63,218 nucleotides of DNA from IMG/VR virus record IMGVR_UViG_3300010354_000088, positions 1-63,218 of that record. The stretch is one strand, 5' to 3'. Positions 1 through 10,700 of this stretch are shown here, in pieces (within the stretch, counting starts at the first letter, position 1; each line of letters opens with the position of its first letter). Source of the stretch: a virus. Taxonomy: Duplodnaviria; Caudoviricetes. Made by a program: the position numbers and the translations under genes. A model generated the notes under the pieces. The model did not search any database and had not been told where the DNA came from. It saw only the letters and a program-made list of their open reading frames with translations.

Positions 1-1
1 A

Positions 2-1189
2 TGATATATCTTGGTTAGTTGCTGTTGTACTTGGTGCTATTGACCCTGCTCCAATGTAATATGTTGCAGCATCAGCAGGACTTAAAACAGCAGGGAAAAA
101 TGGTATAGTAAAATATACATCATCCTTTACACTAGGCTGAAGGTCTGCATAATACTGAGCAATAGTTCTATTTGTCCAAGCTCCTGCTTTTCTTTGAATA
201 ATATCATCATCTGCTGGAGTTAACCCAGCTATAGTTGTGAGATCTGAATCTAGTGGTTGATAAGTACTTGCAGCTGTAGCTGAAGTAAGGTATCCTGACA
301 ATGCCGCCGAGGTAATGAATCCAGATGGGTTAGCATTGCTATATGGGGTAAACCCAAGGGCTGTAGTTACATCGCCTGATGTTATTCCGGAGATATATCC
401 AGAAGGATTTGTCAGCGGATAATATGTAGCAGCCGCTGAAACAATAGTCAAATAAGAACTCAAGCTAGATACACTAGCTATTACTGAGGTATCTACTGAT
501 AATACGTTAGAAGTAAGCTCTTGCAATCCATATCCAGCAGATACAGCTTGAGCTACGTTATATTGAATATAAGAAATAGAAGTAACACCTATTGTTATCG
601 TTCCAGGAGTATTACAGATAAACCCAAAGCCTCCATAAAGAGTTCCGCTAAGAGTAAGAACAAAGTCTCCGTATATTATTTCCCCAGGAGGCACATTGTC
701 AGCGTCAGCAGATCTCGTTAGAATAAATGGAGTTGTAGGACTTCCTGCATCTGTAACATTATAGATGCCATTTTCAATGCCGGACGACTGTTGCCAAACA
801 AGAACTCTTTGATTAGCGGACATAGACTGGCTATCTACAACTAGAGCACCATTACTTGTAGCAGTAAGAGTAGCACCGAATCCACTTACACCATTAAAAT
901 AAGTAGCAACTAAGTTAGTTGTAGTAGCAGCATTTACTGGAGAGTGGAAGTTTATGCCAGCAGAAATATTATCTACATATTGCTTTGTAGCAGAACCTAA
1001 TGGACTTGTAGGATCTGCATTAAGAATAAGATACCCAGACATAGTATCTCCAGATCTGTCTACTTTACCTATTAATCCATTATCAGCATATGTTTTAATT
1101 GCCTTTTGAGAAGGTACAAGTAAATCACTATTTGCAGATAATAAAGGATCAATATCAATTGGTACTCCTTTGGTTGTTCCTTGTGACAT
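2..1189 (-). CDS. Tail fibre-like protein, partial (runs off the left edge; absent from the supplied ORF track)
   Basis: ATG at 1189 overlaps the upstream stop (TAATG). Hand translation MSQGTTKGVPIDIDP...SGDTMSGYL...ATKQYVD...QRVLVWQQSSGIENGIY...NPSGYI...ALGFTPY stays open to the edge; these are typical phage fibre motifs. Confidence 0.8.
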   Translation of the reverse strand, partial: MSQGTTKGVPIDIDPLLSANSDLLVPSQKAIKTYADNGLIGKVDRSGDTMSGYLILNADPTSPLGSATKQYVDNISAGINFHSPVNAATTTNLVATYFNGVSGFGATLTATSNGALVVDSQSMSANQRVLVWQQSSGIENGIYNVTDAGSPTTPFILTRSADADNVPPGEIIYGDFVLTLSGTLYGGFGFICNTPGTITIGVTSISYIQYNVAQAVSAGYGLQELTSNVLSVDTSVIASVSSLSSYLTIVSAAATYYPLTNPSGYISGITSGDVTTALGFTPYSNANPSGFITSAALSGYLTSATAASTYQPLDSDLTTIAGLTPADDDIIQRKAGAWTNRTIAQYYADLQPSVKDDVYFTIPFFPAVLSPADAATYYIGAGSIAPSTTATNQDIS

Positions 1190-2439
1190 TATCTTATTTC
1201 TCTAAATTTTATAGAAGAATATACTGTTTGTGTTCCACTTAAAGATATGCACTTTAAAGTAATTGTACCTAAAGATCTTGCTACTCCAGCAGCATTAAGA
1301 GTAATTGGATACCTTGATATAACTGCTGTATTTGTAACACCTTTTGCAGAACCAGAAGATGTAACAAATCCTCCATCAATAACAATAGCCGGACTACCAC
1401 TTAAAGTTCCAAGAACATTGTATTCTGAGCTACTGTATGAAGTATTTACGTCATTATATGTAGTTGTACCTGAAATAGCTTGTCCAATACATAATTGCCA
1501 TTGAACAGGCTGATTTCCTGCATTGTAAATTTCTACATCTATAAATGCAACTCTTGTTCTATTTGTAACAGAGTTAAAATTTGTCTTTGGACGTAAACTA
1601 AGTAAGTGAGTACCTCCAGTATTTACACTTACAGCACCAGAATCTTGCTGAAATGTATATCCAAATACGTTTATATCCTCAGATCCTCCTTCAGATATGA
1701 CAGCAGAGCATACAAAGTTCATTGTTGTAGAGACTGTACCACTACAAGTCATACCACACCTTACAGGCAGATTAACTGTCTGTACATATGGTGAAGCAAA
1801 TAAGTTTGCGTGTAAAAACTCATGGCAATATACAATTTTCCCTCCTATATCAAACCCCACTCTAACTCTACCTACATAAAGAGCTTGAATATCAATTACT
1901 AGAATCTGATTTTTAGTAATATCTAAAGTGATACCTGAAGCACCTGATCCATTTAAAGGATCTATATTCCAAGAGGACTGAACTACAGTTTCGTTTCCGG
2001 CAGAAGAACCAGAATAAACAATAAACTGATTTACTGTTCCATTGTTCTGAAATTCTATGCCATTAATACCATCAGAATATCCTGCAAACTTTAATGTATC
2101 TGTTACAGCAGCTATCATGTTGAATGTAACAAATATCAGTTGCGATCTACCAGGTTGATAGGGAAGATACTCATAGCTTTGCATATAAGACTTCCCTCCT
2201 GTTGGAGTAGAACTAAATGTCATTAAAGCTTGTCTATTTGTAGAGTCATGAGTAATAGTAGCTCCAGTACCATTTGTGATTTGCTCTAAAATAATAGGAG
2301 CTAAATCATATGTAAGTTGAGCATTAAAGAGAATCAAAGGATTTGAAACTCTTAATCTGCTAAATGCATCAAGATTTGCACTGTCTTTTATAGACACATC
2401 AGAACTTAATACACTATAACCTGAATATCCCTGTGCCAT
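1189..2439 (-). CDS. Putative virion structural protein (beta-rich, DAFSRLRVS N-terminal motif)
   Basis: 416-aa Ser/Thr/Gly-rich ORF tightly packed in the fibre cluster. Confidence 0.6.
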   Translation of the reverse strand: MAQGYSGYSVLSSDVSIKDSANLDAFSRLRVSNPLILFNAQLTYDLAPIILEQITNGTGATITHDSTNRQALMTFSSTPTGGKSYMQSYEYLPYQPGRSQLIFVTFNMIAAVTDTLKFAGYSDGINGIEFQNNGTVNQFIVYSGSSAGNETVVQSSWNIDPLNGSGASGITLDITKNQILVIDIQALYVGRVRVGFDIGGKIVYCHEFLHANLFASPYVQTVNLPVRCGMTCSGTVSTTMNFVCSAVISEGGSEDINVFGYTFQQDSGAVSVNTGGTHLLSLRPKTNFNSVTNRTRVAFIDVEIYNAGNQPVQWQLCIGQAISGTTTYNDVNTSYSSSEYNVLGTLSGSPAIVIDGGFVTSSGSAKGVTNTAVISRYPITLNAAGVARSLGTITLKCISLSGTQTVYSSIKFREIR

Positions 2440-2441
2440 GA

Positions 2442-2771
2442 TTAAATTATTTCAGTTCCAAATATTTGAAAGCTAAGACTTGCATTACTTGAGTAAACTC
2501 TAACTACATCTGTAGTAGCCAATGAAATGCCTATTGTAGCAACAAAAGTGTCATTACCAGCTAATAATACATCATAATAAAGATAGTCTTTATTGGATGT
2601 TGCTCCACCACTTTGAGTTATACTAACTCTAAATGAAGCTTGAGTAGTTCCTCTATTGCAAATAGTAATAGAAGAAGACACAGTAGATGTCAATGCTGGA
2701 ACTACATAAAGATCTGTTTCTGTAGTTGCTGCTGGACTAGATTGCCCTAATATCTTATAGTAGTTTGCCAT
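2442..2771 (-). CDS. Small virion/fibre-associated protein
   Basis: 109 aa with a beta-strand pattern; 1-2 nt spacing to neighbours. Confidence 0.55.
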   Translation of the reverse strand: MANYYKILGQSSPAATTETDLYVVPALTSTVSSSITICNRGTTQASFRVSITQSGGATSNKDYLYYDVLLAGNDTFVATIGISLATTDVVRVYSSNASLSFQIFGTEII

Positions 2772-2772
2772 T

Positions 2773-3147
2773 TTAAGCTCCCATTAATAAAAAGTTTTGT
2801 TCAAATCCTACTTGTTGTGCAGTTGCACTTAGAGTACCTCCAGAAAGACTTAATCCGGTACCTACAGATATTTCCTCCATTACACCTGTTCCTGCCGTAC
2901 TTCTTCCTATAAGCTTATTAGTAGACATTGACGTAGAAATAACTGGTGTAACACCACCTGTAGAAGTTATAGGACTTACCGCAGTAACAGAAGTAACTCC
3001 AAATGCTGGCCCTATTAATATGCCTCCAACTGTAACTCCATCACCAACATAAAATTCTAAGGTATCTGTAGTCCATATTATTTCACCATCAAGAAATGTG
3101 GTTATAGCTCTTTGTGCATCAGTTCCACGACGTATTCTTATAGCCAT
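2773..3147 (-). CDS. Fibre-associated protein with Mtd-N/hyaluronidase-N-like domain
   Basis: N-terminus IRIRRGT...GEIIWTTDT..FYVGDG matches the major tropism determinant N-terminal motif. Confidence 0.65.
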   Translation of the reverse strand: MAIRIRRGTDAQRAITTFLDGEIIWTTDTLEFYVGDGVTVGGILIGPAFGVTSVTAVSPITSTGGVTPVISTSMSTNKLIGRSTAGTGVMEEISVGTGLSLSGGTLSATAQQVGFEQNFLLMGA

Positions 3148-3656
3148 TATATTGATCCTCCATCAATTAAAACATTTTCTGTTGGCGATATTATAGTTCC
3201 TCCGTCAATAGTTACATCAGGACTTGTTCCTCCCCCTCCTGAAATAGCTACATTTACTACGTTAGTTACACGACCCTTTGAATCAATAGTAACTTGAGGA
3301 ACATGAGTGGCATCTCCATAAGTACCTGGTGTAACACCTATTAATATCAGCTCTGGGTTAGGATATGTTCCTTGTAAATCTCCTCCAGCAGGGCCAGAAG
3401 GAGGCATGCTAGTAGGAAAAACAACCCATTTCTTATCTCCCCTCCAATAATCATATATTGTTCCTGGTTCTATTAAAGGCTCTATATTGCCTATATAGTC
3501 ACCTCCAACACGAGATATTCTTCCATCTGGTTCAGTCTGATAATAAGTGTTGTATTGATCACGATAATAATAACCCTTTTTGCCTTTTTTGGCAAGATGG
3601 AGTGATTCTACCTTTAATCTCTCAAGATATATTATCTTACCTGAAGGAATGATCAT
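3147..3656 (-). CDS. Tail fibre-like protein
   Basis: Fibre repeat motifs PSGPAGGDLQGTYPNP and GVTPGTYG...VTIDSKGRVT. Confidence 0.6.
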   Translation of the reverse strand: MIIPSGKIIYLERLKVESLHLAKKGKKGYYYRDQYNTYYQTEPDGRISRVGGDYIGNIEPLIEPGTIYDYWRGDKKWVVFPTSMPPSGPAGGDLQGTYPNPELILIGVTPGTYGDATHVPQVTIDSKGRVTNVVNVAISGGGGTSPDVTIDGGTIISPTENVLIDGGSI

Positions 3657-4135
3657 TTCTTGATGTAAATATTCTTTTCAGAAACTCCTATAATTCTAAG
3701 CCATGTTGGAACATCAAAACTAGGACAAGCTTTATCTGAAAATTGATTGTGACCAGCTACAAGTATTTTAGGATGTGCAGCTATAGTCTGTTTTACAAAA
3801 TTAGCCATAGAAATTTTCTGAAACTCAGTCCGAGTGTCTTTTGGAGATTTGTTTGATTTATCCATACCTCCAGCATAAACAACATGCCTAGAAATAGAAT
3901 TAATTCCCAATGCTCCATTTGTAATTTCCCAAGCCTCTACATCATCGTCTTCATCAAAAGGAGTAAGAATTTCTAAACTTCCATTAAGATGAAAAATAGC
4001 AGAATATCCTACTTTTTTCCAACCTCTACCTTTTGGAGGAGGAGATAAATGCCAGTTTCTAATATCTGAAGATGTAACTTCTCTGCCTTCTGGTGTGGCT
4101 GTGCAATGAAGCACTAAATACTTGAGTTTTGCCAT
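3653..4135 (-). CDS. Endolysin, N-acetylmuramoyl-L-alanine amidase (T7 lysozyme/Amidase_2-like)
   Basis: LVLHCTAT, RGW..VGY and GHNQFSDKACPSFDV carry the His/His/Cys zinc ligands. Confidence 0.92.
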   Translation of the reverse strand: MAKLKYLVLHCTATPEGREVTSSDIRNWHLSPPPKGRGWKKVGYSAIFHLNGSLEILTPFDEDDDVEAWEITNGALGINSISRHVVYAGGMDKSNKSPKDTRTEFQKISMANFVKQTIAAHPKILVAGHNQFSDKACPSFDVPTWLRIIGVSEKNIYIKK

Positions 4136-4137
4136 AA

Positions 4138-5304
4138 TTATCCGATATATACAACGTATGCTACAATAGTAAATGGAGGACGGTTTTCATGAGCAGACCC
4201 AGTTCCTGTTACTCCGGTATTTCCAGAAATAGTATGAGTATGCGTAGGTGCTGAATCTGTCACAAAATTACATGTAGAGCCAGTTTGACCGCATTCAAGG
4301 CCATTCATTGTAGATCCAGAACCACCATTCTCTGCTGCTGCATCGTATTGATGAGTAACATTATGAGTATGAGCACCTGAAGCTGAATTGACTAAAGTAC
4401 CTGCTGTATGATCATGTGCAGGAAGCTGAGGTATTGTTAATGATACTGAATCAGCACCACTAGCAGCAGCAGCATCAACATGAGATTGCAAAGCAATATA
4501 ATTACCAGGAGATTGATAACCAACAGCAAAATAACCACTCATATCAGCAACTGTTACAGGAGTTCCTGTAGAATCAAGATATGTTCCTCCATTTGCCAAT
4601 ACCCAACCCTGCCAACAAGAACCAGCAAGACCTTGATTAGAAGGAAAATATGTGTTAAACTGAGTATTGTTACCTGCAAATATTGTCATTTCAAGGATCT
4701 TGTCCTTTACAGTAAATTTCAGTTTTTCATTAGTTCCATTAGCAGCAATAGTAAGCCTGCATGTATTTCCTGATTCTACTGCATCTTCAAGATAACTAAT
4801 AGTAGGATCAAGAGCATTTACATATACTTTACCAGCACCTAATAAAGCTGTATTTAAAGAAAGAGATACGTTTTCACCCGGATTTGCTTGTGTAACTACA
4901 AGCTCAGGAGATGTAGATGTTACTGCAAGAGTATTTTTAATATAAAAGTCTTTACCAGTACCACCTGTTCTTCCGGTAGAGTTATTTGCAGAAGTAACAT
5001 CAATAGCAGTATTTGGAGACGCAGGATTTTTAAATACATTAGGAAGTTGATGTGGCTGAACTACTTTAGAAAAACCATCTGCATCTACAGTGCTATTTCT
5101 GCTAATAGCATTAGAATCAATAGCTAATTTTGTAAATCCTTGAGCAGAAGTAGTAGCAGTATCATCTTTTTCTTTGATGAATCCTACAGAATCAAATAAC
5201 TGAACAAATGTAGATTGGGTAGGTTTATCGTACTTACGAAAACGAACACCTGGATTTCCTGTTACAAGGAAAAAGAAATTACGGAGATAACGTGGGCCGA
5301 CCAT
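4138..5304 (-). CDS. Tail fibre/spike with collar-like C-terminal domain and HxH motifs
   Basis: GWVLANG...DMSGYFAVG...SVSLTIPQLPAHDH...HTH...HTH...HENRPPF. Confidence 0.75.
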   Translation of the reverse strand: MVGPRYLRNFFFLVTGNPGVRFRKYDKPTQSTFVQLFDSVGFIKEKDDTATTSAQGFTKLAIDSNAISRNSTVDADGFSKVVQPHQLPNVFKNPASPNTAIDVTSANNSTGRTGGTGKDFYIKNTLAVTSTSPELVVTQANPGENVSLSLNTALLGAGKVYVNALDPTISYLEDAVESGNTCRLTIAANGTNEKLKFTVKDKILEMTIFAGNNTQFNTYFPSNQGLAGSCWQGWVLANGGTYLDSTGTPVTVADMSGYFAVGYQSPGNYIALQSHVDAAAASGADSVSLTIPQLPAHDHTAGTLVNSASGAHTHNVTHQYDAAAENGGSGSTMNGLECGQTGSTCNFVTDSAPTHTHTISGNTGVTGTGSAHENRPPFTIVAYVVYIG

Positions 5305-5306
5305 GA

Positions 5307-5804
5307 TTATATTGGTTTTTCTACTATGAATAATTCATTATTAGTTGTACAAGTATCAGGATATGTATCTTCAATAGCCATAAAATTAATTCCATCAGGG
5401 CTTAATTCAGAGTACATATCAAATGCTTGCAAAAGAGATTTAATATCAACATTCTTGCATAAAAAGTATTTTTTAATGCAATTTATATTGTATTCTGTAA
5501 GGTAATAATCTAAACCTTTATCAGTGTAACATGGAGGATTAGCCTCTGAATCCCACTTTCTTTGGTAATAAATTATTACTAGATAGATATAAAAATAATG
5601 ATAATCGTTAATGCTGTTAATGGCATTTTCAGCCTTATCTGGCATTCCAAATGTTTCAGCAGTATACCACTCCTGCATTAGGGCACTCATATTACCCCAA
5701 ATACAATCATAATAATCTACAGAATTTTGCTGTAAATCTGTTAAAGTAATGCTTGTATCACAACAATACAACGAATTATCTGGTAGTAACGGATCGCAAC
5801 TCAT
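5307..5804 (-). CDS. Hypothetical Cys-containing virion protein
   Basis: 165-aa ORF packed in the structural operon. Confidence 0.5.
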   Translation of the reverse strand: MSCDPLLPDNSLYCCDTSITLTDLQQNSVDYYDCIWGNMSALMQEWYTAETFGMPDKAENAINSINDYHYFYIYLVIIYYQRKWDSEANPPCYTDKGLDYYLTEYNINCIKKYFLCKNVDIKSLLQAFDMYSELSPDGINFMAIEDTYPDTCTTNNELFIVEKPI

Positions 5805-7715
5805 TTAGCAAGATTTACAAGGTGTTGAATTTTGAGCAGGAACAACTTTACTACTGCACTCTCCACAACGATCAGTTACAGTTTTAATCTTAGTAAAGAT
5901 GCTTTGTATTTCTTGTATATTCAACATACGACATTCATCCATAGTAAATATACCAATATAAGAAAGCCTGTCTTTTTCAATATAAGCTATTAAATAACCC
6001 ATTAAAGCAACAAGTTTATTTACTTCAGCTCTTTGAAGTTTTAACTTTTCTTTCCGTGCTTCATTACAATCTTTACAACATGGATCTGCTTCGTTACAAA
6101 ATATATCTAAAATCAATGCTTTGTAACATGCTATAATATCACAAAGATCATAGATTACAAGGGTGTAAATATCTGAAGTTAGATTGTTTGTAATAGTTAC
6201 AGTGTAAATACCATCTTGAGGAAATTCTACGTCAACAAAGTTAGTAGTCGTACAATCAATGGTAAAAGTCTGATTGTAAGAATTGTCCAGATTTGTAATA
6301 ACCAAAGTGCTAATCTTACCAGAAGAACACTGACCTTCATCACTTATTTTATATTTATGACAGCTTGTAAGTGTATATTTATATTCAAAACAAGCTTTTA
6401 AAACAGCACTACAGGTATATTGTTGGAAGCAATCTCCATAAGTAAGAGTAATTGAATAATCTCCTATTGATGGAATTGTAAAACATTCATTTAAGAATAT
6501 ATATTGACCAGTAGGAGAATACGATTCATTAATTATTTCTTCTCCAGTGACAGTATTTAATACTACAAGAGTTGCAAAAGCTTCACAATTTTCTTGAGAT
6601 GTAGATACATTTATAGTACCATCTGCTGTAGAACAAGATAAAAGATTGTCAACAAAAAGAGTTGTTGTATTTGTTACAGGATCATAAGAATAAGACTGTA
6701 TAGTATAAGGCCCGTCATTACATGTAGAATCAGTAATGGTTATTTCTATTCCATCTACCAAACCAGCCCATTCACCTAATACAGATACGCTATTAACTCC
6801 TGGAGTGTTATCTGCTGCTGTAATAGGAAAAGTACGAATAGGAAATACTAAATTTTTAACTATACATACTTCATCATTTACATTACTGCAAATAGGATCG
6901 CAACCTATATCAACACTTTCTCCATTAATTTGCAGTATGTTGCAATCGCAAGTCAAACAATTATCTGTAATATATGTAGTATAATTAAGTGTTGCGTCTT
7001 CAGTAGAATTACATCTTGAAGAACTTACTCTTAATAAACATGTTCCTGATTCAGCTCCATTACCATTATATGTAATTGAAATAGGAGAACTTGTTGCACC
7101 AGCCAATAAAGTTACAGATCCAGATGGTAAAACCATTGACCCTGTGCAACCTGAAATAATATAAGAATATGTTTCCGTTACACAAGAATCATTAGTAATA
7201 GTAAAAGATTCTGTTTGACTATAACCCTGTTCAACAGAAAACACTATTGAAGTAGGAGTTAAAGTAAAAGGACTATTATCTGTTATTGTAATATTTATAG
7301 GAATATCAACATAACAGCATGTATTTGTACTTCCCGTTGTATCGGCTGTAACAAAAAATCTTAAAAAAGTATTATATACAACACAAGTACATGCATCAGG
7401 AAATGTATAATTACCTTTTATTTCAAAAGATTGATTTGGCCCTATTGCTCCAGTATTGTAACTATCAATAAGTAAGGTTCCGCCTAAATCATCAACAAAA
7501 CAAGGAGAACTTAAAGTAAGATTTACGCAGTTTCTTACAGATCCGTCAATCCATATTTCAGTTCCTACGTTTCCATTGGTTCCTGTAATAGTAAAATTAT
7601 ATACTCCAGACTCAGAACAACAATTAGAAACTATATTAATTGAAGGCAATGTTCCTCCAAAATATGTTGTTGCCGGATTAGAGCATGAAGGGTAAGTGGT
7701 TGCAGAACAGCTCAT
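5805..7715 (-). CDS. Cys-rich virion protein with Ig-like beta domains (possible fibre-docking/hub protein)
   Basis: 636 aa, very Cys/Thr-rich, with a helical Cys-rich C-terminus; lies between the RNAP gene and the fibre genes. Confidence 0.55.
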   Translation of the reverse strand: MSCSATTYPSCSNPATTYFGGTLPSINIVSNCCSESGVYNFTITGTNGNVGTEIWIDGSVRNCVNLTLSSPCFVDDLGGTLLIDSYNTGAIGPNQSFEIKGNYTFPDACTCVVYNTFLRFFVTADTTGSTNTCCYVDIPINITITDNSPFTLTPTSIVFSVEQGYSQTESFTITNDSCVTETYSYIISGCTGSMVLPSGSVTLLAGATSSPISITYNGNGAESGTCLLRVSSSRCNSTEDATLNYTTYITDNCLTCDCNILQINGESVDIGCDPICSNVNDEVCIVKNLVFPIRTFPITAADNTPGVNSVSVLGEWAGLVDGIEITITDSTCNDGPYTIQSYSYDPVTNTTTLFVDNLLSCSTADGTINVSTSQENCEAFATLVVLNTVTGEEIINESYSPTGQYIFLNECFTIPSIGDYSITLTYGDCFQQYTCSAVLKACFEYKYTLTSCHKYKISDEGQCSSGKISTLVITNLDNSYNQTFTIDCTTTNFVDVEFPQDGIYTVTITNNLTSDIYTLVIYDLCDIIACYKALILDIFCNEADPCCKDCNEARKEKLKLQRAEVNKLVALMGYLIAYIEKDRLSYIGIFTMDECRMLNIQEIQSIFTKIKTVTDRCGECSSKVVPAQNSTPCKSC

Positions 7716-7732
7716 CTTTTTAAGTTATTAAT

Positions 7733-7740
7733 CAAAATTA
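7733..7740 (-). promoter_or_regulatory. Bacteroidota-type -7 promoter element (TAATTTTG)
   Basis: Matches TAnnTTTG in the short intergenic gap upstream of 5805..7715; no clear -33 element. Confidence 0.35.
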
Positions 7741-7752
7741 ATCAATTTGACA

Positions 7753-10700
7753 TTATTTTTTCGGCTTGCCAGTAGAAAGATTACCAGTAAGAACCTGACT
7801 TGTTTTATATAATCCAAACGCCTTTTCAGCCGCTTTATCCATCTGATCTACATCCAAACTACATGAAGCAGCTATAAACTCAGCATATTTACCAGCCTGA
7901 GTTATAGCAAAGAAAGGCTCTTTAGCTTTACTGTAGTATTCATTAGGAGAATATCCGCTAATAAGGTCTAACATACTGTAATTCATAGACTTACCTATTG
8001 GACTGCTCATTAATGATCTCCAGTATTGATTTTGATTTTCGTCATCATTATTAAACAAGGCCGGGAGAATAGCCAAAAACATAGATGAAATGGCAGCATC
8101 ATGCAATACTCTGGAGATATTCATTTTGCGAATATCTTTTTGCTTTTTCCACATATCAATAAGGCCATCATATTCAACTCCTTGAAATGTTTTTCTAGCC
8201 TCACGATAGATACCCATTACTGACTGAATAAGTCCTTCCATGTATTCTCCTTCAAAAACCACGTTTTTCTTAGTAACATTATCAATAGTTACATCTTTAA
8301 TAATGTAGTCTCCAATAGCAGAACTTTCATACCCTTCTTTATAAAGGTTTTGGGCTTTATCAAAAAGGTATTTACTAAACATAGTAAACATAGTTCCAAT
8401 AGAATGAGCATCCAAAGTAAGGGCTGTAGCATCGTCATAAGCACCGCCTGTAATAAACTTATCGGTAATTGTTTTTACAGAATCACGCAAACGGTTATCA
8501 AATGCCCTTGGAAGTTTAGCGTCAACAGACACGTCTCCGTCATAAACACCTTCATTTTGCATGTTTTTAAGAAGCTCTACTTTAAGAAGTTTGCCGTCTT
8601 CAGTCATTTTACCTTCTTTATAGATACGAGCATCTTTAGTCTCATCATAAACCAAATTGCCTTCTTTATCTAAACTATAAGCATCAAGAACACCTTTTTT
8701 GTTCATGTGAGCCATCATAGAAAGAGTTCTGATCAGATAATCACCTGCAAACTGACCCATATAAAGCATTCTGTCACTAAACAAATACTTCTTAGTTTTA
8801 AAGTGACGCTCATTATTAAGCAAGTTAGATCTATCCATACCAGCCATTTTATACTGGAATGCAAGTGCAATAGCAAGTTTAGGATTAGTTGAATATAATG
8901 CAATTGCCTTATTGACATCTCCTAATCCATAGAAGTTTTTAGCTCCAGCAATAGAGTTACTTACAGCAAAAGATTGTAAGGTAAGAGTGTTAGTCATTAA
9001 GTTCTTAAAGTCAGCAAGTATGTTTCCTCCAAGAACCCCTACAGAAGTAGCAGCACCAGTCATTCTGATCATATCGTCATACTTGACATCTACTACTTTA
9101 GATCCGGTATTAACTTTTAATCCTCCCTTCATTCTTTCACGCTGACCTAATACATTAAACTTAGCCATTTTACGCATGTACTCACGAAGGTTAGTTAATC
9201 TACCTTCTGTAGATTGATCGCTATGTTTTGATTCATAGTTATGCATCAATGTCTGAGCAGCATAATAAACAGCATTGGTTTTATCTACCTCTTGCTTTTG
9301 GTAATGGTTCATCATATAGTAAGCCATTACTACTTCAAGGTTTTTTTCTACCTGATTTTCATTGGCTTCAATACTTGATTTTATTTCTTGTTCAGTAGAA
9401 CCAAATACCTTAATAGCTCCATTATCAATAAACAAACCTATTTTACTCATTCGATCAACAGATCCAAGATAACTATCACCAAGCTGATTACTGAAAATAT
9501 CCATAAAATCAGTTCCACCTTGCTTAGCTGCATCATTTACATATTCAAAGAAGTTATTTGAATTTGAGTATTTAGAAGCCCACTGAGAAAGACCTTTACG
9601 CCAATCTTTACTGAATATCTTTTCTGAAGCACGACGCTGCATAATAGGAACCATTCCATCTTTCCAATTTGCATCATATTGATTTTCAGCATCTTCTCTC
9701 TTCATTCCACTATTTACCTTTTTAGTAATAATAGCTTCTTTAAGAGTTTCTACAATATAATCACCTAATGCAACTTCTTCTTTAGATATCTCATATTTTT
9801 TAAGAGCTTCTATAGTTCTAGGGTTTTTACTATTATGAATGTAATAAGTGTTTACATCATAAGTGTTACCAAGATTATCAGTAGCTTTTTGTTTGATAAA
9901 CAATCTATCAAATCTCTTATATCCAACATCTGTAAGACTTACAGTAGTACCTCCACCAATAACTCCATTTAGGCCATTAACATATTTTTTATTAATGTCA
10001 GAAATTAATGCATTCATCTTTTTCATGTGGGCCATATAGCGGTTTTTACCCGTCTCTATAGCACTCATGATATCAGTACGATACATATCAAATACCGGAT
10101 TTCCGATATTATAGTTAAGCAAACTATATTTACCTAATGAGTCAATGTCAGTTAATTTTTCTATTGATTTCTGACCTTTTGTTTTAATTTGGAACAAAGC
10201 ATCAGATAGATATTTCATTTCTTCATTGTTAACTATCTTGCCTTCGTCGTTCTTGTAATATCTCTTAATTTCATTGATACGATTAATAATTACACGTTCA
10301 ACGTCAGCAGAGAATATATCATGACCATGTGCCTTAGTCTGTATTCTTGATATTATATCTTCATATTTATCAATTAATTGACTAGGGATTTCATTATTAT
10401 CTTCTGCTTGTTTAAAATATCTTTCTTTCAAATCATGATATGCAGAAAGAAGAGATTTTACATAGTTAACTTCAGGAGCTTTAAATGATTCTGGATTATC
10501 AACAAGAGCTTTTAGTTCAGGACTCATAATGTCATAAACAACACGACTCTTGAGTAAATATTCCATCTCTTTAAGATAATCATGGAATGCAATGTCGTAA
10601 CTCTCAGAATGAAAGCCATCTGGCTTGATTACAGACATCTTTTCAAATACAATAGAAGGATCTTTTGCTTTCATTGACATAGCCAAAAGCATAAGATTAA

